Below are positions 53,303 to 63,319 of a stretch of DNA of 64,000 nucleotides, piece after piece (the first letter of the stretch is position 1; each line of letters starts with the position of its first letter). Under the pieces are notes generated by a model. That model was not told the origin of the DNA. It did not search any database and saw only the letters and a list, made by a program, of their open reading frames with translations. The position numbers and the translations under genes were made by a program. Origin of the DNA: a virus. The stretch is from positions 116,406 through 180,405 of IMG/VR virus record IMGVR_UViG_3300044712_002679; one strand, given 5' to 3'.

Positions 53303-53671
53303 ATGGAAAAAATTATTTTAGAAATACCAAAAGAAGATATTGAAGAAGTTATACACTTACTGAGATATGCAATGTACGAAGAACCTACAAGTAATGATGT
53401 TTGGACATTACTTGCACCATTTTGTGAAGAACACAGTAGTATTAAATTTGATGGAAGAGAAGAAGAATTTTTGATGAATAAGTCAAAAAATTCAGGCAAT
53501 ACCACTAATACTATGTTAGATATTCTTCAATCAAAAGAAGAATTGTTGGAATGTATCCAAAATTTGATGGGTGTATTTGATACACCAGTTTCAAGAAGAT
53601 TAATAAAGGGTGATTTTACAGATGAAGTTCGTAAGATAGGTCGCCAAATTTTGGAAAGTAATGGCAAATAA
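53303..53671 (+). CDS. hypothetical acidic protein (122 aa)
   Basis: ORF. Confidence 0.45.
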   Translation: MEKIILEIPKEDIEEVIHLLRYAMYEEPTSNDVWTLLAPFCEEHSSIKFDGREEEFLMNKSKNSGNTTNTMLDILQSKEELLECIQNLMGVFDTPVSRRLIKGDFTDEVRKIGRQILESNGK

Positions 53672-53678
53672 ATGACTT

Positions 53679-54203
53679 ATGAAAAAGAAAATTAAAAAAC
53701 ATAATCCAGATAGGTATGGTGAAACATACGATATCAATTGGATAAATACCCAAATTGAAGTTTTGGTCAATATAAGACCATGGATTATTTTATCTGGTGG
53801 GTGGGCTTGGCATTTCATTTCACCACCACATACCGAATATAAACACATTCATGATCATAAAGATATTGACATTTTTGTACTACCAGAAAATTTCACAATA
53901 GTACAATTAGCACTCGAATCAATTGGTTTTTATCGAATGAAAACTAAATATGATAATAATACTTTCATTCGGTATGAAAAAATTGATAATGATAAAAAAA
54001 TTGTTATTGATATGTTCAAATCTAAAGTTCCATTCATTACTGTTAAAGGGTGGAATGTAGTTGATCCTACACATTTATTGACATTGTACTATTCAGTTCA
54101 TCAAAGTGATCATTGTATAGCGGTTAAAGCATCCAGGATGCTTATTGAACAGGGTATAGACATAATAGATAATGAAGAACTGGTAAAAATCCCAAATAAT
54201 TAA
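53679..54203 (+). CDS. putative nucleotidyltransferase-fold protein (tentative)
   Basis: LSGGWAWHFI ... HDHKDIDIFV resembles G[GS]...DxD NTase core. Confidence 0.3.
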   Translation: MKKKIKKHNPDRYGETYDINWINTQIEVLVNIRPWIILSGGWAWHFISPPHTEYKHIHDHKDIDIFVLPENFTIVQLALESIGFYRMKTKYDNNTFIRYEKIDNDKKIVIDMFKSKVPFITVKGWNVVDPTHLLTLYYSVHQSDHCIAVKASRMLIEQGIDIIDNEELVKIPNN

Positions 54204-54465
54204 ATCATTTTTTAGCGATGGGAAAATTTAAAAAAATGTTTATAATGTTGAAATCAAAAGAATGTAATTTCTTTTTTTATACAACAAGCGGAAGTTATGG
54301 AATGTATTGCGAACAAATAAGGCATAAGTGTTTTTGCATTCCGTTTTTAGTTGGAATTAGATATACGGTTTCGTGGGGTGGCTAATATGTTGTACATGAA
54401 AATATAGAAATAGTGAAATAACAAAAAAAAAGTTAAAAAACATATAGGAATTTGAAATTTTTTCG

Positions 54466-54473
54466 TATCTTTG
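54466..54473 (+). promoter_or_regulatory. TATCTTTG promoter-like element 23 nt before ATG 54497 with AAAACAACAACAA leader
   Basis: near-identical 35-nt upstream block to gene 1872. Confidence 0.55.
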
Positions 54474-54496
54474 TATCGTAATTAAAACAACAACAA

Positions 54497-54883
54497 ATGA
54501 AAGTATTTGAAATAATCTACACAAAAGAATCGGAAAAATTAACATTACCATATGGTAGTTTGAATACATATTATGTAAAAGATGACAATGTATGTTTTTC
54601 TGTTGATGTATATATTGAAACGGTAAAAGATATCGTTGAAAGTAAAAGTGAAATTGCTGTTACTGAAAAATATAGTAATTTCAATATTGTTTCAATAAAA
54701 CATATTGGTAATAAAGATTACCAATTTGAAGCTATTGCACCCGATGATTACGTTAAAATAAATTCATCAGATGTTTTAAATTCTGTAAAAAATGGACAAC
54801 GTGATAGGGTTTGTTCCGAAGAAGTGCAAGAATTTCAGAAAAATGGTAAACGAATACCACATCCTACATATTCGGAATTTTAG
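54497..54883 (+). CDS. hypothetical protein (128 aa)
   Basis: ORF with promoter-like motif. Confidence 0.5.
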   Translation: MKVFEIIYTKESEKLTLPYGSLNTYYVKDDNVCFSVDVYIETVKDIVESKSEIAVTEKYSNFNIVSIKHIGNKDYQFEAIAPDDYVKINSSDVLNSVKNGQRDRVCSEEVQEFQKNGKRIPHPTYSEF

Positions 54884-54971
54884 AAAACAAATTATTAAAA
54901 TATTACTATATACTTTATGATTAAATTTTATAATTCGCTTTCTCCACCTTCATATTCCATTAAACTAGAAT

Positions 54972-55196
54972 ATGAAAGCAATTTCGAAACTGCGACTTTG
55001 GAGAGTTGCAATCGTACACCGTAATGGTTACGAAGCACCATCAATATTGGTGGAAGCTAAAGCAAATGATGTACACGATGAAGTACGAAAATTAAATCTG
55101 AGACTTTTAGATTTTCCTGACAAATGGAGTTATCATTTGTTAGACCTCAAAAAAAAATTTGATGATAAAAGGGGAAAATGGGTAACAGAAGAATGA
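54972..55196 (+). CDS. hypothetical protein (74 aa)
   Basis: ORF ending at terminator. Confidence 0.4.
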   Translation: MKAISKLRLWRVAIVHRNGYEAPSILVEAKANDVHDEVRKLNLRLLDFPDKWSYHLLDLKKKFDDKRGKWVTEE

Positions 55197-55238
55197 AAAA
55201 AAAGGTTGTCAAATGGCAACCTTTTCTTTTTTATGTAT
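55195..55238. terminator. bidirectional intrinsic terminator AGGTTG...CAACCT
   Basis: A8 / hairpin / TTTTCTTTTTT. Confidence 0.65.
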
Positions 55239-55239
55239 C

Positions 55240-55752
55240 TTATTTATCAGATTTGACCTGATCTAATTGATTTAAACCATAATCTGGCTTATCTAATACA
55301 TCAAAATCAAAATCATATAATTTATATTTTATAATATAATGTAAAACTTTAGTGTACCAGTTAGGATCGGCTGAATAACCTTTTCGTATTTCATTCAACC
55401 AAACTTTATAATCTGTTATTTTGTTTTGAGTCAAGTTGTTGTAATATTTCTTTTTTGAAATAAATGTACAAAAATGTTGAAATGATAATGTATCAGTTTC
55501 ATATCCACGATAATGACTTCCATACTTTACACCAAAAAAATTGTTTTTATATTTACACAATTTACTATTACCATAAGCACTTTCGTGCATTGATATTCCT
55601 AATATAATACTTGGTGGAATTTCATATTCTTTCATAAGTTCAATTGAAATACTATCATATTTTTCAATAAAAGTTAATGGTGTGTGTTTTTGTGCATTTA
55701 AAATTAAAGTAAAAAATAACATTACTATTACTAGTTTAATTTTTTTTATCAT
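55240..55752 (-). CDS. secreted GH73-type N-acetylglucosaminidase (peptidoglycan hydrolase) with signal peptide
   Basis: MIKKIKLVIVMLFFTLILNAQ signal; ILGISMHESAYGNSKL...NNFFGVKY matches GH73 catalytic-Glu block. Confidence 0.55.
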   Translation of the reverse strand: MIKKIKLVIVMLFFTLILNAQKHTPLTFIEKYDSISIELMKEYEIPPSIILGISMHESAYGNSKLCKYKNNFFGVKYGSHYRGYETDTLSFQHFCTFISKKKYYNNLTQNKITDYKVWLNEIRKGYSADPNWYTKVLHYIIKYKLYDFDFDVLDKPDYGLNQLDQVKSDK

Positions 55753-55997
55753 ATTTTTTGTTGTTTTTTATTGATAAAATACTATAATAATTTCACCTAT
55801 TATCTTCCGCTTTGGTTTTAATTGAAAAGATTTTTTGAATAGCGGATTGTGATTTTTTATCAATAATAATTCACCTAAGAATTATTGTCATTTTTAAAAA
55901 GCTAAAAATTATTTTTTACATATATATAAAAAATTCTAATTTGTTTTTTAAATTGAATAATTTATTGTATATTTGTTGAAATTTTAAAATGTGAATT

Positions 55998-56222
55998 ATG
56001 AAAAAAGAACTTTTTTGCGTAGCGTTATATCACCCAGTTAAAAACGATTTTAATGGTGAATTTGATTCTTTTGCTATTGATGCTAAATGTACTACTGATG
56101 ATTTGGCAAAATTAAAAACTGATGATGATCTTGGTTATATTGAGTTAGTTGGATGGTTACCAATTAAACATTATAATGGTGCTACAGTTAGCGAATCAAA
56201 TGATTATTTTGTACGTTGGTAA
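55998..56222 (+). CDS. hypothetical protein (74 aa)
   Basis: ORF. Confidence 0.4.
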   Translation: MKKELFCVALYHPVKNDFNGEFDSFAIDAKCTTDDLAKLKTDDDLGYIELVGWLPIKHYNGATVSESNDYFVRW

Positions 56223-56223
56223 A

Positions 56224-56433
56224 ATGGAAGAAAAATTATATGAAACATTAAAAAAAGTATTTGACTTAACACATGGTGCTTGGGATGATCCTGTAATAAG
56301 TGAAGAATTGTATAATGAAATGGAAAATGTTTTGATTGAATATGAAAAAAATATTCAGACAAATGGTAGAAAATATCGAATAACAAACGATATCACAATG
56401 ACAATAAATGATATTAAACCTGATAAATTATGA
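56224..56433 (+). CDS. hypothetical protein (~69 aa)
   Basis: start at internal ATG (MEEKLYE) immediately after the upstream stop. Confidence 0.4.
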   Translation: MEEKLYETLKKVFDLTHGAWDDPVISEELYNEMENVLIEYEKNIQTNGRKYRITNDITMTINDIKPDKL

Positions 56434-57065
56434 AAAATTTAGCTACTAGTTCAACCGATCCTAAAGTATTAGAAGATTTAGATAATACTATTTGTGAAGA
56501 ACTCAAATTAGCCGGAATACCAATAATAAAACTTGAAGAACGATCAGGTGAAGTACCAACAATATTTGGTGGAAAAATTGGGAATTGGACTTTTCGTAGA
56601 GCTTGGTATTATTGGGTTGCATCAACAGAAAACGTGGAAGATGGATTACCATTAAAATTAGCATTGGAATTGCACAATAAATCAATAACTAGTATCACTG
56701 GTGTCGAATATGATATTCTTGGTAAATATATTCGATCTGGTGGTGATTGTTCATGTCCATCACCCGATGGTTATACTTCACAACCAAAGTATAATGAAGA
56801 ATTGGAAGAAAGATTAATCGAATTAGGATATATACGAAAGACATTTAAAGGTAGTGATAAAGAATATTCTTATATTGATATCAATTGTGGTGATGTTGCT
56901 AAATTGTGCAATGAAGGTAAATTAAATGTTGAACGATATGTAGATTGCTATCATATAGATGAACAATTTGGATTAAATGAACTTGCGTATGCAATATTTA
57001 ATCACAATGTTAGAATAGGAAATTCTATATTAGAATCATTAAAAATAAAAGGATTAATAAAGTAA
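56430..57065 (+). CDS. hypothetical protein (211 aa)
   Basis: ATGA overlap. Confidence 0.45.
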   Translation: MKNLATSSTDPKVLEDLDNTICEELKLAGIPIIKLEERSGEVPTIFGGKIGNWTFRRAWYYWVASTENVEDGLPLKLALELHNKSITSITGVEYDILGKYIRSGGDCSCPSPDGYTSQPKYNEELEERLIELGYIRKTFKGSDKEYSYIDINCGDVAKLCNEGKLNVERYVDCYHIDEQFGLNELAYAIFNHNVRIGNSILESLKIKGLIK

Positions 57066-57069
57066 TAAA

Positions 57070-58158
57070 ATGACAAAATACGAAAAATTAGTAATAAAAC
57101 CGATATTTGATATAATTGAAAAATATCAAGAATATTTAACCCAACCAGAAAATTTACCACAATTAGCTAAGATTGGATATATTTACAATAAATTGTATTA
57201 TGCTGGAAGAATTGCATATGGTTATAGTGGTATAGTCAAAAAAGGAAGTACTTGTGAAAATAACCCCAAAGATTGGTTGGAAAATGTTAATTATTTAAAT
57301 GAAAAAATTGATTATCTTGTTTATGATGCTTGGGGAATGCATGTATCAAATGATGGTAATATACTAAGTTTTGAAGAAATAAAAAATCTTGTTTTTGAAG
57401 GTAAAACATTAACAGAATTTGAAATTAAACAAAGAAAACCGAACAAAACCTTCGATGAATGGGTTGAAATTTTAACAGACAAACAATATAAGTATTATAC
57501 ATTATTTCCAAATAGAAGAAAAGTTGCAGATTATTTATTGTGTGTTATTGGTACTGATTTTGGCTACAATAAAAAAAGTGGATATATTATAGAAGAAGCT
57601 GGTGGTGCAGATCAAGATATTGATTTATATGGTTATTGGGAAAATTCAGTTATTTGTTCTGAAATAAAACCAATTATTGAAAAAATATTTGAATATACTG
57701 AAGTTAAAATTGCACTTGATGCTGTAAGTGATTATGTGAAATCATTAAGAATCAAAAGACAAAAAGAAGAACAAAAATCTTGGGATGTTTTTTATAAAAT
57801 TATAAATGAACAAAGGAAAGAAAATAATTTACCAGAACTTGATATATCTGATCCAAATACTTTACCTATTATTCAGGATTTTATAAATGATGAAATTTCA
57901 AAAATTGATAAAGTTGATAAAGTTGATAAAGTTGATAAAGTTGATAAAGTTGATAAACCACGTTTATATTATCCAATAAGTAATTATTCAATCATAACAT
58001 TATTTGATGAAAATACACATATTTCATACATTAATGCTGGTATCGAAGTTTGTGAAGATATTTTATTGCATAAAAATGATTATTTAATTAAAAATGATGT
58101 TGGTTATGAAAAAAACATCATATTTGCTGAAAAATTCTTAAAAAAATTTAAAAAATGA
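57070..58158 (+). CDS. hypothetical protein (362 aa) with (KVD)n repeat
   Basis: KVDKVDKVDKVDKVD from 9-bp DNA repeat 57906-57957. Confidence 0.5.
   Translation: MTKYEKLVIKPIFDIIEKYQEYLTQPENLPQLAKIGYIYNKLYYAGRIAYGYSGIVKKGSTCENNPKDWLENVNYLNEKIDYLVYDAWGMHVSNDGNILSFEEIKNLVFEGKTLTEFEIKQRKPNKTFDEWVEILTDKQYKYYTLFPNRRKVADYLLCVIGTDFGYNKKSGYIIEEAGGADQDIDLYGYWENSVICSEIKPIIEKIFEYTEVKIALDAVSDYVKSLRIKRQKEEQKSWDVFYKIINEQRKENNLPELDISDPNTLPIIQDFINDEISKIDKVDKVDKVDKVDKVDKPRLYYPISNYSIITLFDENTHISYINAGIEVCEDILLHKNDYLIKNDVGYEKNIIFAEKFLKKFKK
57906..57957. repeat. 9-bp tandem repeat (gataaagtt) x~6 inside CDS
   Basis: read directly. Confidence 0.85.
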
Positions 58159-59207
58159 AAACTGTAAATATTAAAAATAATATTTGGTTGGTGGGTCGAA
58201 GTACTAAATTTAATTTAACTAGAATTACAAAAATTCATATATTATTGGGGGATGAAATTATTTATAGTGGTAAAACTTCCGATGCTCCTGTTGAATATAT
58301 TAAGTATGTCGGTGACGAAGAATATTGCTTAATATATAAAAAGATAAAAAAAGTTAATTGGATAATAGATAAATATGTTTTCGATGATTACGAAGAAAAA
58401 TTAGAAACTGCTATAAAAAATAGTGGTCATAATGTTTTATTTTATGATGATTTCATTTTTGAAAATCTTACTGAATTTTTCAATAAAAAGTTTGAATGGA
58501 AAGGTATATCAAATCCAATTACAATTTTTCACGGATCATATCAAACTGCTAAACAATTGAATAAGTATGCATATTATCCTGGAATTTATTTGACATTGGA
58601 CAATTATGAATGTTTCAAATATTATGGTTTATTTGGAGATAATCTATTAAATTCCAACTATTTTATGATGGGATTAAATGATGTATTGCGAAATAAAGAT
58701 AAATTCTTCGACATATTTAAAACTGACGGCATCTTCATCAGACCTTCAGATGGATTCAAATCTTTTCCTGGTCAAACATTACCGAAAGATAACTTTGATT
58801 TTGAATTTAATGTATTTTTACAATCATATGGTGGTTTAGATACTGACACACTTGTTGTTGTTTCTGCAATTCAAGATATTGAAGAAGAATATAGATTTAT
58901 TGTTGTTGATAATATTGTTGTTTCAGGTTCATTGTATATGGATAAGAATAATCGTGATAGTCACAATGCATATTACGATAAATTATGTACTGATCAAAAT
59001 GCTTGGGATTTCGCTGTTGAAATGTCAAAAATTTATCAACCAGATAAAGCATATGTAATAGATGTATGTAAATTATCAAATGGTGAATACAAAATGATTG
59101 AATTGAATTCGTTTTGTTGTGGTTCTATGTATGGAAATGATTATGATAAAGTTGTAGATGCTGTAAATAATTTATGTATTAAAGATTTTGAAGATGTTTA
59201 TGAATAA
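58155..59207 (+). CDS. ATP-grasp-like protein (paralog of 2315-3121)
   Basis: shared block YRFIVVDNIVVSGSLY...IDVC...IELN with 2315-3121. Confidence 0.5.
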   Translation: MKTVNIKNNIWLVGRSTKFNLTRITKIHILLGDEIIYSGKTSDAPVEYIKYVGDEEYCLIYKKIKKVNWIIDKYVFDDYEEKLETAIKNSGHNVLFYDDFIFENLTEFFNKKFEWKGISNPITIFHGSYQTAKQLNKYAYYPGIYLTLDNYECFKYYGLFGDNLLNSNYFMMGLNDVLRNKDKFFDIFKTDGIFIRPSDGFKSFPGQTLPKDNFDFEFNVFLQSYGGLDTDTLVVVSAIQDIEEEYRFIVVDNIVVSGSLYMDKNNRDSHNAYYDKLCTDQNAWDFAVEMSKIYQPDKAYVIDVCKLSNGEYKMIELNSFCCGSMYGNDYDKVVDAVNNLCIKDFEDVYE

Positions 59208-59217
59208 ATAAAATAAA

Positions 59218-59628
59218 ATGAAAAAAGACACAAAAAAAATAACAATAAGATCATTTCTTAAAGAATGGTTTAAAAATACAAATGAAGATATTATTATTGA
59301 TTCAGAAAAAAATATTTCAGTTAAAAATAAAAATATGCGATTTTTTTTCGAAGAATTTTTAACAGCATTTTTAAATAATTCTGGTCATTATAGAATTGTT
59401 GGATGTGATTTAGCATCATCATTTAAAATAAATTTTTCGGAAGAAGAAACAATGTTAAAAATTGCACAAGATATTTGGGATAATCCACATGATTATTTCA
59501 AATTTAATAAAAAAGAAAATGAATATTATGAATTTTTAAAATATTTATGGGTTGAAACCCCTAATAGTAAAATGAGATTGACTGATTGTGTGAATACTGG
59601 TATTCCAGAAGAATTAAAAACGAATTAA
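59218..59628 (+). CDS. hypothetical protein (136 aa)
   Basis: ORF. Confidence 0.45.
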   Translation: MKKDTKKITIRSFLKEWFKNTNEDIIIDSEKNISVKNKNMRFFFEEFLTAFLNNSGHYRIVGCDLASSFKINFSEEETMLKIAQDIWDNPHDYFKFNKKENEYYEFLKYLWVETPNSKMRLTDCVNTGIPEELKTN

Positions 59629-59629
59629 A

Positions 59630-60031
59630 ATGAAAACAAAAAAAGTTTGTTCAAATGATCATTTTCTTAAATTATTGAAACAATTTAAGAAAATAAGTTG
59701 TCGTGTAATACTTGATCATAAAGAAAGCAAATATTACAAATTATATTGTGATTTTGCTTTTGGTGATTTTATAAATAAATCACCATTTGATCACATATTG
59801 GACGATTTATTTAAAAACTTTAAAGCAAATCCAATAAAAACCAATTCTGGTCTTACTGATGAAATGTGTAGTGAATATATGAACAAATTTTATGTGACAT
59901 ATACATTCGAAAACGAATTAGGTAAACGTTCAATTGATTCTAATTATATTGTATTCCGAATTTATGTTAAAATTGGAACAATTAGGAAAAAACGATTAGT
60001 TAAATGGTCAGTACCAATAATATGGAATTAA
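59630..60031 (+). CDS. hypothetical protein (133 aa)
   Basis: ORF. Confidence 0.45.
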   Translation: MKTKKVCSNDHFLKLLKQFKKISCRVILDHKESKYYKLYCDFAFGDFINKSPFDHILDDLFKNFKANPIKTNSGLTDEMCSEYMNKFYVTYTFENELGKRSIDSNYIVFRIYVKIGTIRKKRLVKWSVPIIWN

Positions 60032-60582
60032 AAAATATTATATTTGAAGGAATAACAATAAAACCAAAAAATGGTTTTTATAAATGTCCATTTAAGTGTG
60101 GTGTTCCAAATTATCCAACACCCAAATGGAAAACTGAAAATGGTTTTATGAAACATTTAGAAAAATGTTATAAAAGACCATCATTAATTACTAAACATGA
60201 AAATGATAAGCAAGAATTGTTGGATGAATTAGAAAAGGTTAAACAAGAATATTTGCCAACAATCAAATATAAAATAGGTGATAAAATTTGGTTTGTTCGA
60301 AAAATTGTTGAAAAAGATACCCACGAATGGCGATTCAATAGATCAGTAAAAGTTAGATATGAACCAATATTAAGATTTGATGCTGAAGAAACAATAATTA
60401 ATAGTATCAATTTTGATAACCCATATTTTCATGTTACATTAGAAAATATTGAAAGATTGTTATATTTCAATAATGAAATTAGACCTTCTGATATAATGAA
60501 TAAAGAAGATGCTATTAAAACTGCAAAACAAAAAACAATTGAAGATAAAGAATATAGAGATGAATGTTCACGTTACAGATAA
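60022..60582 (+). CDS. hypothetical protein (~186 aa) with CPFKCG motif
   Basis: start moved to ATG 60022 overlapping the upstream stop. Confidence 0.4.
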   Translation: MELKNIIFEGITIKPKNGFYKCPFKCGVPNYPTPKWKTENGFMKHLEKCYKRPSLITKHENDKQELLDELEKVKQEYLPTIKYKIGDKIWFVRKIVEKDTHEWRFNRSVKVRYEPILRFDAEETIINSINFDNPYFHVTLENIERLLYFNNEIRPSDIMNKEDAIKTAKQKTIEDKEYRDECSRYR

Positions 60583-61000
60583 TAAAAATATTAGTTCTGA
60601 TTTAGAAGATGATAGTTTTGCTAATGGATTACGTGCATTGTTTACTCGTGGTGAATTTTGTAAAAAATGTAGATTAAATAATAAAATCAAAAATATTTTA
60701 AGTTTAATGTTAAATGAAACAAGTGAAGATACTTGTTTTATGGAAGAATCCCAATTTGAACTATTTATGCAAGCAAAAATTTGGATAAATAAACAAATTG
60801 GTTTATCTTCGGAAAAACAAATATTAACAGCACGATTAGCTGGATTTATATATCATTGGATGAATGTTGATTTTAAATATTATCCATTCGATAATGAAAA
60901 TGATTATAATCAAGCTTGTGAATGGATTATGAATAAATTGAGTGATAAATATTCTGTTTCTGAAATGACTATTGGTTCAGATGAAAAAATAAGAAAATGA
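60560..61000 (+). CDS. hypothetical protein (~146 aa)
   Basis: start moved to ATG 60560 (MNVHV) to limit overlap. Confidence 0.4.
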   Translation: MNVHVTDNKNISSDLEDDSFANGLRALFTRGEFCKKCRLNNKIKNILSLMLNETSEDTCFMEESQFELFMQAKIWINKQIGLSSEKQILTARLAGFIYHWMNVDFKYYPFDNENDYNQACEWIMNKLSDKYSVSEMTIGSDEKIRK

Positions 61001-61275
61001 AAATTAAATTAAAAAATTTAATACTTGGTTTAAAAGAACAATGTCCAATTAAACGAGCATTTAGAAATTTCATTATTACAGGAAATGCTTGGGGGTTATT
61101 TAGCATTAGAAGCCACCAAAGAGCTGATGGTAAAGAAAAAGTAATGTATAATACTAAAGCAACAGCACAAAAAGCTGCTGATAGTATGAAGATAAAAATG
61201 AAAAAACACTTTTCGGTATATAAATGTATCTATTGTGATGGTTATCATTTAGGTAAAAATAGGGAAAATAAATAA
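60997..61275 (+). CDS. hypothetical basic protein (92 aa) with CIYCDGYH C-terminus
   Basis: ORF. Confidence 0.4.
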   Translation: MKIKLKNLILGLKEQCPIKRAFRNFIITGNAWGLFSIRSHQRADGKEKVMYNTKATAQKAADSMKIKMKKHFSVYKCIYCDGYHLGKNRENK

Positions 61276-61286
61276 AATTAAACGAT

Positions 61287-61730
61287 ATGAAATTAAAATC
61301 ACCATTTGGAATGTCACCAACAGGTGTGGGTCCAAAAATATATGCAAGTGCGATACCATTTATTGTAATTGGATGTTTGTTTCCATCACATAGTTCAAAT
61401 ATATTATTGCAACTTATTGGGATATGCTTTATTTTATTGGGTATCATTGTATTTATATTAACAATGATTCAACTTATAATTAAATTTAATGAAGGGAAAT
61501 TAGCAACAACTGGTGCTTTTAAGTTTTCTAGAAATCCATTATATTCATGTTGGATTGTATTTATAATTCCTGGTTTGGCGTTATTGTGCCTTAATTGGTG
61601 GTTTATATTGGGTTCTGTTTCAATGACTATAACATTAAATATTTTCATAAAGAAAGAAGAAAATATGTTATTGAATGCGTTTGGTCAAGAATATTTAGAT
61701 TATAAAAAAGAAGTTGGTAGAATAATTTAA
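61287..61730 (+). CDS. ICMT/phospholipid-methyltransferase-family integral membrane protein
   Basis: multiple TM helices; TTGAFKFSRNPLYS (RHPxY-like) and EENMLLNAFGQEYLDYKKEVGR C-terminal block. Confidence 0.55.
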   Translation: MKLKSPFGMSPTGVGPKIYASAIPFIVIGCLFPSHSSNILLQLIGICFILLGIIVFILTMIQLIIKFNEGKLATTGAFKFSRNPLYSCWIVFIIPGLALLCLNWWFILGSVSMTITLNIFIKKEENMLLNAFGQEYLDYKKEVGRII

Positions 61731-61736
61731 AATACT

Positions 61737-62045
61737 ATGGGACTAGAAATTAAAAGAAATGCTAAAGGTAAATATCAACTGAAATCAACGATATCAGATG
61801 AAAAATTACATAAAGATTGGATAACTGAAGATGAAGCTAAAAAAATTTTAATTGAAAGAGAATATTGGAGATTTATTGAAGAAACAATTAAAATTTATTT
61901 GGATTTTCCAAATGGTTGTATGGTCAATGGTAAATATGAAGCTAAAAATTTCCAAGGAAATAAATTTATTATTGAACATTGGAATGATGGTAAAATTGAA
62001 GAAAAATATAAAGAAATAATTAGTCAATTAAATATAGTGTTGTAA
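61737..62045 (+). CDS. hypothetical protein (102 aa)
   Basis: ORF. Confidence 0.4.
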   Translation: MGLEIKRNAKGKYQLKSTISDEKLHKDWITEDEAKKILIEREYWRFIEETIKIYLDFPNGCMVNGKYEAKNFQGNKFIIEHWNDGKIEEKYKEIISQLNIVL

Positions 62046-62046
62046 A

Positions 62047-62580
62047 ATGAAACGAATTAAAACAGAAGAAATCAAACAATGGAATGTAGCGAAAAAAACT
62101 AAATCCATTAAAGCAAAACCATTAATTTCTATTATGGTTGATAAAAGTGTTATGAGTAAATTTCTTGTTGATACATTGGAAGGTAAAGAACCATTAGGTG
62201 ATGGTGCCATCATTTGTATTGGGGAAAGTAATGATGTTTGGCAACAAATGCCAAAAAAGCTTCTTCAAAAATATGATGTAACTGCAATTGATAATGATGG
62301 ATGGATGGTTTGTGAACCTAAACCTGATAATTCTGTTGAAGCAATTGAAATAACTGAAAATTTAAAAGAATATATTGATAATGTTGATACATTTATTGGT
62401 GATAATGAAGATTTTTATATTATCGGTCTTTGGGGTGAAAAAACAGTATTATTAGATGTTCCAATTCAAATTCAACGTGCAGATATTGGTGATTTTATTT
62501 GTCGAAATCGGGAAGATAAAACAGATGTTTGGATTGTTAAAAGAAAAATATTCATTAACACATATAATATTATTGGATAA
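62047..62580 (+). CDS. hypothetical protein (177 aa)
   Basis: ORF. Confidence 0.45.
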   Translation: MKRIKTEEIKQWNVAKKTKSIKAKPLISIMVDKSVMSKFLVDTLEGKEPLGDGAIICIGESNDVWQQMPKKLLQKYDVTAIDNDGWMVCEPKPDNSVEAIEITENLKEYIDNVDTFIGDNEDFYIIGLWGEKTVLLDVPIQIQRADIGDFICRNREDKTDVWIVKRKIFINTYNIIG

Positions 62581-62631
62581 TAAACTTTTTTGTTTTTATA
62601 ATCTATAAATTATAAAAAAAGTTGTTGATGC

Positions 62632-62970
62632 ATGTATTCTTTTGTAATAAGAGGAATTAAAATTAAAGTTGATGATTTGATGAAATTATTAAATATTGAA
62701 CAACATCAAATCGGACTTAAAGATTATAATTTTCAATTTTTTAAAGATTTGTTAAAAACGTTTTCAGTTGAACCAACAGGTAATTATTTTGGAAATATTG
62801 ATTACGAAACAATTATAATTGGTGATGACATTGGTTATATTGAAAATGGTGAAGTTGAAGAATTTGAAGATAGGACTAAATTTCAAGATGATGCATTACT
62901 TAATAGATTAAATGAAGTCGGAATTACTGGAACGTTGAAAACATATATCCAAGTAATTTCAAAAAAATAA
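62632..62970 (+). CDS. hypothetical protein (112 aa); 3' end lies in 51-bp tandem duplication
   Basis: ORF. Confidence 0.45.
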   Translation: MYSFVIRGIKIKVDDLMKLLNIEQHQIGLKDYNFQFFKDLLKTFSVEPTGNYFGNIDYETIIIGDDIGYIENGEVEEFEDRTKFQDDALLNRLNEVGITGTLKTYIQVISKK

Positions 62971-63039
62971 AGATTAATGAAAACAGTTAAAACATATATT
63001 CAAGTAATTTCAAAAAAATAAAGATTAATGAAAACAGTT
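62938..63039. repeat. 51-bp tandem duplication x2 (1 mismatch) spanning the stop of 62632-62970 and the start of 63028-63303
   Basis: aaacatatat[c/t]caagtaatttcaaaaaaataaagattaatgaaaacagtt read twice. Confidence 0.85.
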
Positions 63040-63303
63040 AAAACAATTATAGGTGTTGTAGCAGAATATAATGGGAAATATTGGGGAACACAATATGCAG
63101 ATGAAAAATTTACAGTTAATGAATTTGGTGATATTAAAAATGCAAAAATATGTGATCCAAAATATTGTCTTAAACCAACAGATATGACTTGGGATCCAAA
63201 AAATACATTAGGAAATAATCACGAATATGATTTGTTGAAAAATGCAAAATTAGTAAAGATAAAAAAAATAATAACTACTGAAATAGAATTAGAATTAAAA
63301 TAA
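63028..63303 (+). CDS. hypothetical protein (91 aa)
   Basis: ORF; start lies in second copy of the duplication. Confidence 0.45.
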   Translation: MKTVKTIIGVVAEYNGKYWGTQYADEKFTVNEFGDIKNAKICDPKYCLKPTDMTWDPKNTLGNNHEYDLLKNAKLVKIKKIITTEIELELK

Positions 63304-63319
63304 AAAATAATAAATAAAT

